Shown here piece after piece: positions 1-9,394 of a stretch of DNA of 64,000 bases (the stretch's first letter is position 1; every line of letters starts with the position of its first letter). The notes beneath the pieces were generated by a model. It searched no databases and was not told the origin of the DNA. It saw only the letters and a program-made list of their open reading frames with translations. The translations under genes were made by a program, and so were the position numbers. Source of the DNA: a candidate division FCPU426 bacterium (lineage in GTDB: Bacteria; Oederibacteriota; JAAXVQ01; JAUVAV01); the NCBI GenBank assembly GCA_030637655.1, contig DAOWGI010000027.1, positions 1-64,000 of the forward strand, in the 5' to 3' direction.

Positions 1-60
1 AAATATCCGGTACATAGATGACTAATTGGCGGAATTGGGTTTGGGGTTTTACCTGATATT

Positions 61-130
61 GTAGGGGCACGGTTGAGGGCGCAGCATCCGACTTCGCTGA
101 AGCGATGTCGGACAAGCATCGCGCCCCTAC
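61..130. repeat. GTAG-type REP-like hairpin with internal insertion
   Basis: GTAGGGGC(61)...GCCCCTAC(130) inverted ends; internal CCGAC...GTCGG hairpin flanked by AGCAT direct repeat. Confidence 0.7.
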
Positions 131-221
131 AGGTATAAATAGGACGGGTAGAATCAAGAATATGACAAGAATATGGGATTTGAAGCGATGTACCTGCCGG
201 CCAGATGCTGTCATTTTGATT

Positions 222-275
222 GTAAGGGCTTATTTTCCGCCGTCGACTTCGACGCGGCAAGCAGTACGCCCTTAC
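222..275. repeat. REP-like hairpin (GTAAGGGC...GCCCTTAC)
   Basis: 8-bp inverted ends with internal GTCGAC-TTCGAC hairpin. Confidence 0.6.
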
Positions 276-369
276 GTCTCCTGTATTTATTGGATATATA
301 TTATGACAGTCTAACCTCAAAATCCTTTCAAAAAAAATAAGAAAAATGAGAAGTTTTTTAACGCTTGTC

Positions 370-397
370 GTAGGAGCGCAAGATTTTGCGCCCCTAC
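370..397. repeat. GTAG-type REP hairpin overlapping the stop codon of the PorV-like gene
   Basis: GTAGGAGCGCAAGATTTTGCGCCCCTAC; minus-strand TAG at 394-396 lies inside it. Confidence 0.75.
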
Positions 398-1326
398 TTA
401 AATCGCAGCAGGACGGTGATCCGGTGCTGGTGCGCGGCCAGCTCGGTCAGATCATAATGGAAGGCATAATCAACTTCATAGATTTCCGGACGGTACGAGG
501 CGCCGGCTGTGATCTCCCGGCCATTGTAACCGGCACGCGCGCCGATGCTCTTAAGGTACCAGTACTCCGTACCGAGCCGGAAATTGAAGCGGTGGTGCTC
601 GGAAAATTCAAAATCAATTGTGGTTACCAAATGATTAAAATATATCGCGTCCTGCGAGGGCAAAAAACGCAGAGCCGCACCCAGCTTGACATTGACCAGG
701 GAATGATCCACTGCATCACTCTCCGACCAATAGGTCTGCTGAAATAGGTTTTGTATATTCAAACCGATGGTATGCTCCCAATACAAAACCGGCTGCCATA
801 AGGCGCCAATATCCAAGCCCTGGCCCACGGCACTGTAATCACCAAGCCCATGGTAGAGTATTTTCAGACTCGCTCCCAGTGATAAACCTTTGACCAATTT
901 ATAAAATTTGCGGCCATAGCTGATAAGAAAAGTGTTTTCCGAACTACCGAAGTCTGCGGCGACCTCGCCATTCTCATCTCTTCCTTCCAAGCCGCTGATG
1001 CCAAAGTTTATCCAGGAAATGGAGAAACATCCTATTGTCGGAACCTGAAAAGCGTAAGTTAAATAACTGGAACTCATATTATTATCTAAAAACGCGTATT
1101 GCATACCTGCCTGGTACATATATAAATCCATTTGTCCCAAGCCGGCCGGATTCCAGTACCCCGCAGTCGCGTCATCAGCCAAGGCCACAAAAGCTCCGCC
1201 CATACCCGTTGCCCGGCTGCCCACACCCTGGAAAAGATACGAACCCGAACCATAATTATTTCCATCCGCTAAAACGGTCAGGGGCATTAATAAAAGCAGT
1301 AAAACAAGTATGTTGATTTTTTTCAT
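394..1326 (-). CDS. PorV/PorQ (UPF0164)-family outer-membrane beta-barrel protein
   Basis: Signal peptide then GVGSRATGMGGAFVALADDATAGYWNPAGL, the typical FadL/PorV-like N-terminal plug motif; alternating beta strands ending LLRFK; start moved to ATG 1326 behind an AGGAG RBS. Confidence 0.8.
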   Translation of the reverse strand: MKKINILVLLLLLMPLTVLADGNNYGSGSYLFQGVGSRATGMGGAFVALADDATAGYWNPAGLGQMDLYMYQAGMQYAFLDNNMSSSYLTYAFQVPTIGCFSISWINFGISGLEGRDENGEVAADFGSSENTFLISYGRKFYKLVKGLSLGASLKILYHGLGDYSAVGQGLDIGALWQPVLYWEHTIGLNIQNLFQQTYWSESDAVDHSLVNVKLGAALRFLPSQDAIYFNHLVTTIDFEFSEHHRFNFRLGTEYWYLKSIGARAGYNGREITAGASYRPEIYEVDYAFHYDLTELAAHQHRITVLLRFK

Positions 1327-1402
1327 ATTCACTCTCCTGGAACAGGTTTTTTTCATTTTTCTTTCCTCCCCCTAGTATCATGTCTCAGAAACTTTATTAA
1401 TA

Positions 1403-1433
1403 TGTCACCCCGGCATGATTTTAGCCGGGGTCC
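1403..1433. repeat. GTCA-type palindromic repeat (possible terminator)
   Basis: TGTCACCCCGGCATGATTTTAGCCGGGGTCC: CCCCGGC/GCCGGGG stem, same style as the GTCATCCCCGA hairpins inside the MITEs. Confidence 0.5.
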
Positions 1434-1537
1434 GGAAAAACATTTTTTTTACTGATAAATTGTAAAATCCCGGCGCGAAAATTATATTTTACCCTGTTTT
1501 TTTCAGAATCGGCAATACCTTTTCCGCCGGTAGCTTG

Positions 1538-2263
1538 TTATTTTGTTCCCGGCTTAATGGCGCGGTGGAGGGTAACTACGCCTTTGCTCAATTCTTCATA
1601 TTCCACTTCGTCAAAACCGGCCTGAATCAGCATACGTCCCATTTTGTCCGCATCCGGATAATGCACCAAGGAATCATGTAAATGATGAATTAACGGTCCC
1701 GGAACCCGTGCCCGCAGCCGCGCCCAAAATGGAAAAAAATATTCACGATAACAATGGGTAAAAAACCTTTGCCAGGGATTGGAGGGAATCGCGTATTCCA
1801 GAATAATCAGAGGAGTGTCTTTTTTCATAACGCGTTGACACTCTGCGAGCACGGTTTTCACATCCGAAACAAAACGCATGCCAAAGGAAATAAAGACCGC
1901 GTCAAAAAACTCATCTGGAAAAGGCATGAGCTCAACATTCTCAGCCTTGATTTCCACCCGGCGATACAAATGCATGCTGCGCACTTTTTGTTTGGCTAAA
2001 CTGACCATGGCCGGACAAAAATCCACTGCCACAATGTTTGTAGGTGCACTAAAAACCTGGGCCAATTGCAGGGATAACAAACCGGTCCCGGCACACCCAT
2101 CAAGAATACAGTCCGGTTTTTCCAAGCCGGATACTTCAATGGCACGACGGCGCCATTTGTCTCCCCGGCGGCGTGTCATAACCGGCTCCAAATAATCATA
2201 CACCAAGGCCAGTTTGGTAAATATATTGCGAATAATTCTGTTTTTAGAAATGGAACGAGCCAT
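1538..2263 (-). CDS. UbiE/MenG-family C-methyltransferase (divergent)
   Basis: IF..LA.VYD...WRR N-terminus, LDGCAGTG SAM motif, PFPDEFFDAVFISFGMR, YPD and GVVTLH C-terminal motifs. Confidence 0.75.
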   Translation of the reverse strand: MARSISKNRIIRNIFTKLALVYDYLEPVMTRRRGDKWRRRAIEVSGLEKPDCILDGCAGTGLLSLQLAQVFSAPTNIVAVDFCPAMVSLAKQKVRSMHLYRRVEIKAENVELMPFPDEFFDAVFISFGMRFVSDVKTVLAECQRVMKKDTPLIILEYAIPSNPWQRFFTHCYREYFFPFWARLRARVPGPLIHHLHDSLVHYPDADKMGRMLIQAGFDEVEYEELSKGVVTLHRAIKPGTK

Positions 2264-2313
2264 GCGCTTAGTATCCTCAAACCTTTCAGTTTTGTCGCGT
2301 TGCGACTGTTCTA

Positions 2314-3018
2314 TTATTTTAGTTGTCTATACAATTTAAACAACTCTTTAAAAGCACGCAAAATCACCCCTGGATTGGCGCCGGTTTGAGTTCCGGCGAT
2401 TCGCGGGTAATGATGTACCCCGACCTCTTTGAATTTCATTCCCAGCTTTTTAGCGTGCGCCAGAAGTTCAGTTGAAATCATGGCGCCACTGGCTTTAAAT
2501 TCGGTCTGGTCAACCACCCGGCGTTGGAACAATTTAAAAGCACAATCAATGTCCCTGACTTTCCCCTGCAAACCAAATAAGGTTCTTACCAAGGTGCCCC
2601 AGGCCAAGGCATTGAGTGAACGTATAAAATTATCCTGGCGCTTAATACGATAACCGGCAATAAAATCATGGGTTTCGGTATGTGGCAGCAACAACTCAAT
2701 TTCCCGGGTATCAAATTGACCGTCGCCGTCGGTAAAAAAAATCCAATCAAGTTTGGCGGATTGCAACCCGGTTTTCACCGCTCCGCCATACCCTTGGTTT
2801 TTTTTATGCCGGATATAACGTACGCCCGGATATTTTTGTACCAGTTGGTTCGCCACTTCCGGGGTGTTGTCTCGGGAGCCGTCATCCACAATAATGACTT
2901 CCCACTCCTGCGCTACTTTTCGCAGTATCTCTACCGTACGCGTGGTCAATTGTTCCAGATTGGCAGCCTCATTGTAAGCCGGGAAAAATACTGATATATT
3001 TAATTTGGGTAGTGCCAC
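2314..3018 (-). CDS. GT2 polyprenol-phosphate sugar synthase (DPM1-like)
   Basis: SVFFPAYNE, VDDGSRD, GYGGAV, FTDGDGQF, DIDCAFKLF, HYPR.AG motifs. Confidence 0.9.
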   Translation of the reverse strand: MALPKLNISVFFPAYNEAANLEQLTTRTVEILRKVAQEWEVIIVDDGSRDNTPEVANQLVQKYPGVRYIRHKKNQGYGGAVKTGLQSAKLDWIFFTDGDGQFDTREIELLLPHTETHDFIAGYRIKRQDNFIRSLNALAWGTLVRTLFGLQGKVRDIDCAFKLFQRRVVDQTEFKASGAMISTELLAHAKKLGMKFKEVGVHHYPRIAGTQTGANPGVILRAFKELFKLYRQLK

Positions 3019-3057
3019 AATAGCGTACTTCCTTTCTTTGTAACAGGTCGGTTCTAT

Positions 3058-3085
3058 GTAGAGACGCGATTAATCGCGTCTCTAC
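3058..3085. repeat. Perfect 28-bp REP palindrome GTAGAGACGCGATTAATCGCGTCTCTAC
   Basis: Identical copies at 28614-28641 and 28775-28802; supplies the TAG stop of the oxidoreductase gene. Confidence 0.9.
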
Positions 3086-4413
3086 AGTTTTTGTTCAGGC
3101 GCGCGATACGCTTTTATGGTCTCAGCCACCTGCCCACCCAAACGAATACTGTAACTCATCCCGCGGTCTTCCGGATAAATTTGCGCCATGTTGGCAACAA
3201 ACAGGCCCGGTACCGGAGATGTGGTTGGCACCAGGTTTTGGCTATATCCGGCCCTAATCACCGGCTGCGCGTAGCGGGCATGAAAAATGTCAACCTGGGC
3301 TACGTCTTTTTCTGAAAACGTTGGAATGATTTTTTTCAAGTACGCGTAATAGGCTTTAAGCAGGTCTTTTTCCTTGGCCGTGTACAAGAAATGATCGGTT
3401 GGCAAATAGGCGGAGAGATAGATGGTGTGCTTGCCTTGATAATTTTGGGGTGATACAAAATTGGTGTGTTCAATCACAGCAATAAACGGACTGTTCACAT
3501 CCGGAACATTCATCCAGTAAATCGGCGAGAGCGAACGCTTCACTGTCAGAATCGCGCACACATTGCCCAAGTACTGAACCTGGCGCAGTTTCCGCCAATA
3601 CTCATCATCCAATGATTTTGGCAGCAAAGACAGCATGGCCGGCGGCGCTATGGTACTCAAGACCACATCAAAACTCTCGTTTTTTTTGCCGGTGGTCCAA
3701 CCGGTAATCATACCTCGCGTTAAGCGGATTGCTTTTACCGGTTCTTTGCCTCGCACCATACCACCCAGGGCTTTTATCTCTTTAACCAGCGCGTCGTGCA
3801 GCACCTGAAAGCTGCCTTTGAGATATCCCAAACGCTCTTTGGCCATCCCCTTTTCACGACTGCCGGCCCGGGTGTGAATGCGCGAATAAAACCAGGGCAT
3901 GCCGATTTCCGGCGCGTAATCATGAAATTTACCGTGCAACAGCGGTCCCCACATAACGTCCCAGGCTTGTTTGCCAAAAGCTCGTTGGATCCAGTCTTTA
4001 GCGCGTACGTGCTCGTACTTTTGCCAGTTTTTCACCTTCGAAAGATATAAGGCAACCACACCGAACCGGATGCGGTTGAAAAAAGACAAAGGTGTAAACT
4101 TCAACAAATCCAGGGGGGTGGCAAACTTAAGCAGTTTATTATTCTTAAAAACTCCCATGGGTGTCTCTTGCCAATGCATCCTATCACTCAAACCCAGTTC
4201 CTTGATCAGACCCACGGTTTCACGGTCGGAAATAAAGTAGTGATGATAAAAGGTTTCCAATCGCGTACCCGCATAGGGAAAGGTTCCGGCCAATCCGCCG
4301 GATTCTGCGGCTGCTTCACAGACTGTGACCTGATGTCCTGCTTTGGCCAACATTCGAGCTGCTGTCAAACCGGTTAATCCTGCACCAATGATTCCTATTT
4401 TCATGAAATTCAA
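3082..4413 (-). CDS. FAD-dependent oxidoreductase (protoporphyrinogen-oxidase-like family found in glycosylation clusters)
   Basis: IGIIGAGLTG dinucleotide-binding motif, GGLAG, FYHH, QIYPEDRGM C-terminal motif; start may be ATG 4404. Confidence 0.8.
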   Translation of the reverse strand: MNFMKIGIIGAGLTGLTAARMLAKAGHQVTVCEAAAESGGLAGTFPYAGTRLETFYHHYFISDRETVGLIKELGLSDRMHWQETPMGVFKNNKLLKFATPLDLLKFTPLSFFNRIRFGVVALYLSKVKNWQKYEHVRAKDWIQRAFGKQAWDVMWGPLLHGKFHDYAPEIGMPWFYSRIHTRAGSREKGMAKERLGYLKGSFQVLHDALVKEIKALGGMVRGKEPVKAIRLTRGMITGWTTGKKNESFDVVLSTIAPPAMLSLLPKSLDDEYWRKLRQVQYLGNVCAILTVKRSLSPIYWMNVPDVNSPFIAVIEHTNFVSPQNYQGKHTIYLSAYLPTDHFLYTAKEKDLLKAYYAYLKKIIPTFSEKDVAQVDIFHARYAQPVIRAGYSQNLVPTTSPVPGLFVANMAQIYPEDRGMSYSIRLGGQVAETIKAYRAPEQKL

Positions 4414-4466
4414 CTACTCCTTATGATTGCCCTGCTTTTTTATGTTTTATCTTTATTTGCTTCAGA

Positions 4467-5579
4467 TTAATTTTCCTTTTTATAATCTCCGCGCACTCTG
4501 TGCCTCCTTGTGCCCCTAAGGGTATGCGGTGGATTGGTTATGTCTTTTGCCCCTTCCTCTTTTTCCGCAGCTTCCATTTCCCGAAAGCTGAGCTTCATGG
4601 TCCACATGTAATAAAAACCCCACAAGGTGATGGGCAACCAGATCATGGCATGGATCACCAGGATGCACGGCAGCGCCAAACTTTTTTCAATGTTAAAGAG
4701 CATCAGGGTCCCTACCCCAAAAAACTCAAACGGTCCAATATACCCGGGCGAAGAGGGAATCATGATCCCCAAATTCACCACCGCCATGAGCATGATGGCC
4801 ACATACACCGGAAAATCCAGGCCAAAGGCCCTGAGAATGAAGTAATAGGCCGCGCTCTCACCAGACCAGGCCAATACAGAAAAACAAAATGCCAGTAAAC
4901 TGTCCTTCCGGCTTTTCAAAACCGAAAACCCTTTGATAAAGGAGTGAACCATCCGGTCCATTGGCCGGCGCCAGGCTTCCGGCAGGAATTGTGTTATTTT
5001 ACCCGACAACTTCACTGCCAACTCTTTCCAGGTTATCACGGCAAATAAAAAAATAAACATAAACACAAACAGGGCGGTCGTGAGATTAACCACCAGATTA
5101 ACCATATCCACAAACTCAGCATTGGCTTGGGTCCTGGGCAGTTTGAAAAAATACAAGACCAGACCGGCAAATAAAACCATAACCAAGCCATCATATGCGC
5201 GTTGCATGATTACTGTGGCAAAGACCGAGCTTTTGGATATGCCTTCCCGTTTACCCACTATATAGGCGCGCACAAATTCTCCGGCCCGGGCAGGAAACAC
5301 ATTGTTCACCATGAATCCTAAAACAAGCGGCGGGAACAAATCCTGCCACTTCATTACTTTAAGCGAGTTCATTAAATATCTCCAACGAATGGCACGAAGC
5401 AAATACCCTATCAAATACACAATCAGCGCCGGTATGAGCCACCAGTACTCTGCGTGCATTAAGGCTTGGGCCAAACTGTGGAACTCAACTTGGCGGAATA
5501 CCAAATACAGAAACACTATGGTAATGACAATTCCGATCCAAAAACGTTTTTTCTTAATCAAACTCATAGCCTCTCTCAT
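4467..5579 (-). CDS. LPG_synthase_TM/UPF0104 flippase-like membrane protein
   Basis: LRAIRW, NNVFPARAGE.VR, R.YD, PSSPGYIGPFE motifs; about 8 TM segments. Confidence 0.85.
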   Translation of the reverse strand: MREAMSLIKKKRFWIGIVITIVFLYLVFRQVEFHSLAQALMHAEYWWLIPALIVYLIGYLLRAIRWRYLMNSLKVMKWQDLFPPLVLGFMVNNVFPARAGEFVRAYIVGKREGISKSSVFATVIMQRAYDGLVMVLFAGLVLYFFKLPRTQANAEFVDMVNLVVNLTTALFVFMFIFLFAVITWKELAVKLSGKITQFLPEAWRRPMDRMVHSFIKGFSVLKSRKDSLLAFCFSVLAWSGESAAYYFILRAFGLDFPVYVAIMLMAVVNLGIMIPSSPGYIGPFEFFGVGTLMLFNIEKSLALPCILVIHAMIWLPITLWGFYYMWTMKLSFREMEAAEKEEGAKDITNPPHTLRGTRRHRVRGDYKKEN

Positions 5580-5739
5580 TTCTCAAACCGGCTGTCTCGC
5601 AGTTTTATAAATAGCGCTCAGCTTGCGCCTAAAAGGCGGCAAAACTGTATAACAGCGCTAAAAAATACAATTATAAAAGAAAAAAATTAGCATTTTCCTT
5701 GCCTCGGGTCAAGCGAAATGTCCTGACACAAAAGCAACC

Positions 5740-8328
5740 TTACCTGGGTGATAACATTTCAAACGGAATCTTTTCTTTGGCTGATCCTGGTTTTACCCAA
5801 TATAAAATGATTCTGGGATACGCGCCGGTCCGCTTCTGATAATCAATGCGAATCTTATGCTTGCCACGGGTCAATTTCAGAGTGCCTTCGGCATAATGAT
5901 CCACAATATCATTCTTCACCACTGTGGTCCTGTCAATTGAAACCCAGGAAAATTCATTGGAAAGTGTTCCAAAAGTATAGTGCCCGGTTTCAGGAATATG
6001 AATATACCCGTCCCAACGTATGGAAAATGGCGCAGCTACGGAAAAATCATCTCCCAGCAAGGAAATCAAGGGATCTATCCTTTGAAAAATAGGTTCCCCT
6101 TTCCAGTCTGTGTTACGGTAGTATTGGCCGCGCAACCCGTGGACCTCAGAACGCGGACTGAGCGCGTATCCCGGAACACTGTTCCAGGGCCCGGTCTTAC
6201 CTTTGCGCCATAACAAGTTTACCGGTTGCTCGGCCGTATTGATCCGCGCGCGTATATCAATGCGGTGCATGCCCTGTCCCAAATTAATCCCCTCGGAAAA
6301 CACCGGCCGTTGATCCAGACGAATCTGAATATTACCCGCCTTTGATAGTTTGAAATAATATATTCCGCTCTGGGGGACGCGAATACTGCCCTTCCAATTG
6401 GCAAAAATAGGCGCGACCAGTTGGTGCTTTTTACCAATAAATTGAAAATGTTCTTGCCCTTCGGTTGCTGTTACACGTTTTCCGTTGCGGTCTTGATACG
6501 TGCCTTGCAAGCCCCGGGTTGCTTTTACTTCCCTGGCTGACACCTCATAGGAGGTAAACAGATCAAAGGCATACGGCGTATTCTGAATGGTCTCTTTCCC
6601 GTTGGGATAATAGTGCCGTAAGAGTTCTAAAGCTCCGTCATGAATCGGCAATAACATATAGGAAATGTTTTTAGTGCCCTGGTAATTGGCTGGTACGGAA
6701 GAAAACATTTGAAAGGGTTCGGAATCATTGTGCGGATAGGCTAAAAAACGGATTGTGGGAAAATTAAAGGCCCCGGCGGAAATATATGTATGAAAATCAT
6801 CTCCCTGCGCATGCATACGGTTTCCCATGGCTGCCTCGGCTGCTGAAAATTCAGACCAACAGGCCATGGTTTTAGCTTGGCGATCAAAGTAATCAGTGAG
6901 ATTGCGCACCCCGATCATGGTCACCACCACCAGCAAGGCAATCCAAATCCACTTCCGCGCGCGCGTGCCAAGCGTTAGTTCCCGGATGCTCTGCCAGAAA
7001 CGTTCAAACCCAAAAGCAATCAGAAGCGCTGTGGGAATAATGGCGCCAATGCAGCGATAACCCTGCGGCGCTTCAATGGTCAGGAAGCCTGGAACCAAGG
7101 AGACCATAAACCACCACAACACCAAGAAGGCATGCCGGCGATGGAGTTTGGTCAGTGTCCAAATCAGACCCAAGCCAAAGAAGAGACCGGCCAAAGGTGA
7201 TATCATGGGTTCTTCGGGAATATTATGCCGTCCATTGCAATCACCAAAATAGTTAAACATGAGCAAGGTGGTTTTAACATTACGCCAAAACGCTTCTGCC
7301 GCCTGTTCCGGCGGCACATGATTGAAGATCAGAACCTGGCCGTTGCGCGCAAAGAACCGGTGCTTTTCAGTTAAGGCAAAATGACCCAAGGGTATAAAAA
7401 CCGTAAAGGAGACAATTAGAAAGAGCAGCAAACCTCTCCATTGCTCTTTTAAAAATTTGCGGTCCCAGGCCAGTTGCAGGACCATGTAGGGTCCTAATAC
7501 AAACGGTATCAGATTCGAAGCATAATACGAATACAATCCAAGCGCTACCGAGAGTCCGGAGAGCGCCATATGCCAACGGTTTTTGGTCTCCATACCGCGC
7601 AGTAAAAAGTAGGCGGCCGCCGCGCCAAAAAGCGGAGTGAGTATGCCTATAAAATTAATGCGGGAAAAATTGATGTGCCAGCGCATGAGCGCGAAGGTAA
7701 GCGTGGCGGCCAAAGCGACCGGCCGCGAGACCATACGGCGAACGAGAAAATAAAAGATCGGAACCGTGGCAACACCAGCCAAGGCAGGCACCATTTTGGC
7801 TCCCAGGGCGCTGATCCCGAATATTTTTAACGCCACCATATTGAAATAATGATAGAGCGTTGGCGCCGGCGCATCCGGCGGACCAAAAATAGGTACATAA
7901 TGTGGATCTGTTATCATCTGGAGCCCAACCAGCGCATTCGTGGCTTCGTCAAAATGAAAACCATTGGGTATTTCTGATAAACGCCACAAGCGAACCACCG
8001 CGGCGATGATCACAATACCGCCTAAAATGACAGCTTCAAGCTTAGGCTGATTGTCAATTTCCGAAGTCACCTGATCCGGTTTTTTAAGAAAAGCCAATCC
8101 AGCTAATACCAGGGTAACAATCCAGAACATAAGCCCGGCAGTCAAGTGACGGGCAAAAAGTTGCTCTTGGGCACACCAGGCAGTCAAAATCGCAAAAGCC
8201 AACAGACCGGGACTCAACCATGAACCCCATTGCTCAAATTTGGTTTTCAACCCGGACCAACCAACAGGTGTGGTCTGGCGGAATTTGGTTTTTTTGGTTT
8301 TTTTAACGTTTTTCTTTTTCAGGACCAT
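5740..8328 (-). CDS. GT-C (PMT_2/ArnT-like) membrane glycosyltransferase with two C-terminal PA14 domains
   Basis: RLWRL..IPNGFHFDEA catalytic-loop motif, many TM helices, then GL.G.YY, FSIRWDGYIHIPETGHYTF and G.H.IRIDY PA14-type motifs. Confidence 0.85.
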   Translation of the reverse strand: MVLKKKNVKKTKKTKFRQTTPVGWSGLKTKFEQWGSWLSPGLLAFAILTAWCAQEQLFARHLTAGLMFWIVTLVLAGLAFLKKPDQVTSEIDNQPKLEAVILGGIVIIAAVVRLWRLSEIPNGFHFDEATNALVGLQMITDPHYVPIFGPPDAPAPTLYHYFNMVALKIFGISALGAKMVPALAGVATVPIFYFLVRRMVSRPVALAATLTFALMRWHINFSRINFIGILTPLFGAAAAYFLLRGMETKNRWHMALSGLSVALGLYSYYASNLIPFVLGPYMVLQLAWDRKFLKEQWRGLLLFLIVSFTVFIPLGHFALTEKHRFFARNGQVLIFNHVPPEQAAEAFWRNVKTTLLMFNYFGDCNGRHNIPEEPMISPLAGLFFGLGLIWTLTKLHRRHAFLVLWWFMVSLVPGFLTIEAPQGYRCIGAIIPTALLIAFGFERFWQSIRELTLGTRARKWIWIALLVVVTMIGVRNLTDYFDRQAKTMACWSEFSAAEAAMGNRMHAQGDDFHTYISAGAFNFPTIRFLAYPHNDSEPFQMFSSVPANYQGTKNISYMLLPIHDGALELLRHYYPNGKETIQNTPYAFDLFTSYEVSAREVKATRGLQGTYQDRNGKRVTATEGQEHFQFIGKKHQLVAPIFANWKGSIRVPQSGIYYFKLSKAGNIQIRLDQRPVFSEGINLGQGMHRIDIRARINTAEQPVNLLWRKGKTGPWNSVPGYALSPRSEVHGLRGQYYRNTDWKGEPIFQRIDPLISLLGDDFSVAAPFSIRWDGYIHIPETGHYTFGTLSNEFSWVSIDRTTVVKNDIVDHYAEGTLKLTRGKHKIRIDYQKRTGAYPRIILYWVKPGSAKEKIPFEMLSPR

Positions 8329-8371
8329 GCACAGACTCCTCTTTATGTTCTGGTAAAAAGCTATTTCTCTT

Positions 8372-8574
8372 GTAACATGTCAGTGATGCGTTTTTTTGTT
8401 TGTCATCCCTGAATGTAGCCCCCACCCTGTCATCCCCGAATGCTTGTATCGGGGATACGGTTTAAAAAAACCAGATTCCTGCCGAAGGCGTCCCTATATA
8501 TCTTTTCCGGTTGGGGCCGATTAAACCCTCGGGAATGACAACCTTTGTTTAATCACAGTTCATTAATATGTTAC
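8372..8574. mobile_element. 203-bp MITE, family A (IS66-like termini)
   Basis: GTAACATGTCAGTGA ... TCATTAATATGTTAC imperfect TIR; perfect 8-bp TSD TTTCTCTT; close full-length copy at 13287-13488. Confidence 0.9.
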
Positions 8575-9228
8575 TTTCTCTTTTGTTGCCACAGCAATCA
8601 ATTCCATGCCCAAGACCGCATGGTGTATACGAGCAACGGTTAGGTGTTGGCTTAGGTGCTCTTTTAATAAGCACGGTGTGTACCGCTGCGGATGCACCTC
8701 GCGCAAATACGGTTTGCAGGGGCCGCCAAAAACCCGGTACCAGGTGTGCTCCAAAAAAACCCAGAATAGATTTGCGCAATTCTCAGTAGTCACCAGCAGC
8801 CGGCCTCTTGGCTTTAATACCCGTGCCAATTCAGACAAGACCGGCTGCGGGTCTTCAAGATGCTCAATCGTATTGGTGAATAAAATAAGATCAAAGGTAT
8901 TCTCAGAAAACGGCAGCTTGGTCAGATCTGCTTTCAGAAACTCACCTTTGCGATGTTCCTTACAAAAGGCTATGGCCGCGTCTTCAATATCCACGCCCAT
9001 CAATTGTAAGCGCGGAGCCAATCCGTCACTCACATACCCGGAGCCGCAACCGGCATCTAAAACCCGTGCCAGGTCCGGCAGTACGGCTGCTAATTCCGCC
9101 GCTTTTTTCAGTTTGGGAGCATGAAACACATTGCGTGGAAAGGTTAGACTTTTAGCATTGTAGTCCAGGTAATATTCGCCCTTTTCTCCCCGTCCTAAAC
9201 GTGATTGCTCTGTTTTTACTTTTGGCAA
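8563..9228 (-). CDS. Class I SAM-dependent methyltransferase
   Basis: VLDAGCGSG, LPFSENTFD, IEHL, RVLKPRG motifs; last codons lie inside the MITE. Confidence 0.9.
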   Translation of the reverse strand: MPKVKTEQSRLGRGEKGEYYLDYNAKSLTFPRNVFHAPKLKKAAELAAVLPDLARVLDAGCGSGYVSDGLAPRLQLMGVDIEDAAIAFCKEHRKGEFLKADLTKLPFSENTFDLILFTNTIEHLEDPQPVLSELARVLKPRGRLLVTTENCANLFWVFLEHTWYRVFGGPCKPYLREVHPQRYTPCLLKEHLSQHLTVARIHHAVLGMELIAVATKEKVTY

Positions 9229-9262
9229 TGACTTCCTCCTGCGTTTTTAAAAATATTTATAT

Positions 9263-9376
9263 GGGCGATCCGCTGGGCTCCTTTTTCGGAAATGTGATCG
9301 CCGGTAAAACGGGCGAATACACCCCGACCGGATGGGGGATCGTACGGGACTCCCTTCGGTCGAGATTCGCCCCTAC
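9263..9376. repeat. Degenerate GGGCGA...TCGCCCCTAC REP pair with micro-insertion
   Basis: GGGCGAATAC[9321-9361 insert]GAGATTCGCCCCTAC. Confidence 0.6.
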
Positions 9377-9394
9377 TGGATGACCCAGTCGCAA

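Noticed and set aside
105-314. 69-aa plus ORF
   Set aside because: Runs through REP hairpins in intergenic DNA; likely spurious
3040-3051. GTAACAGGTCGG TIR-like sequence next to a REP
   Set aside because: Short match with no partner end or TSD
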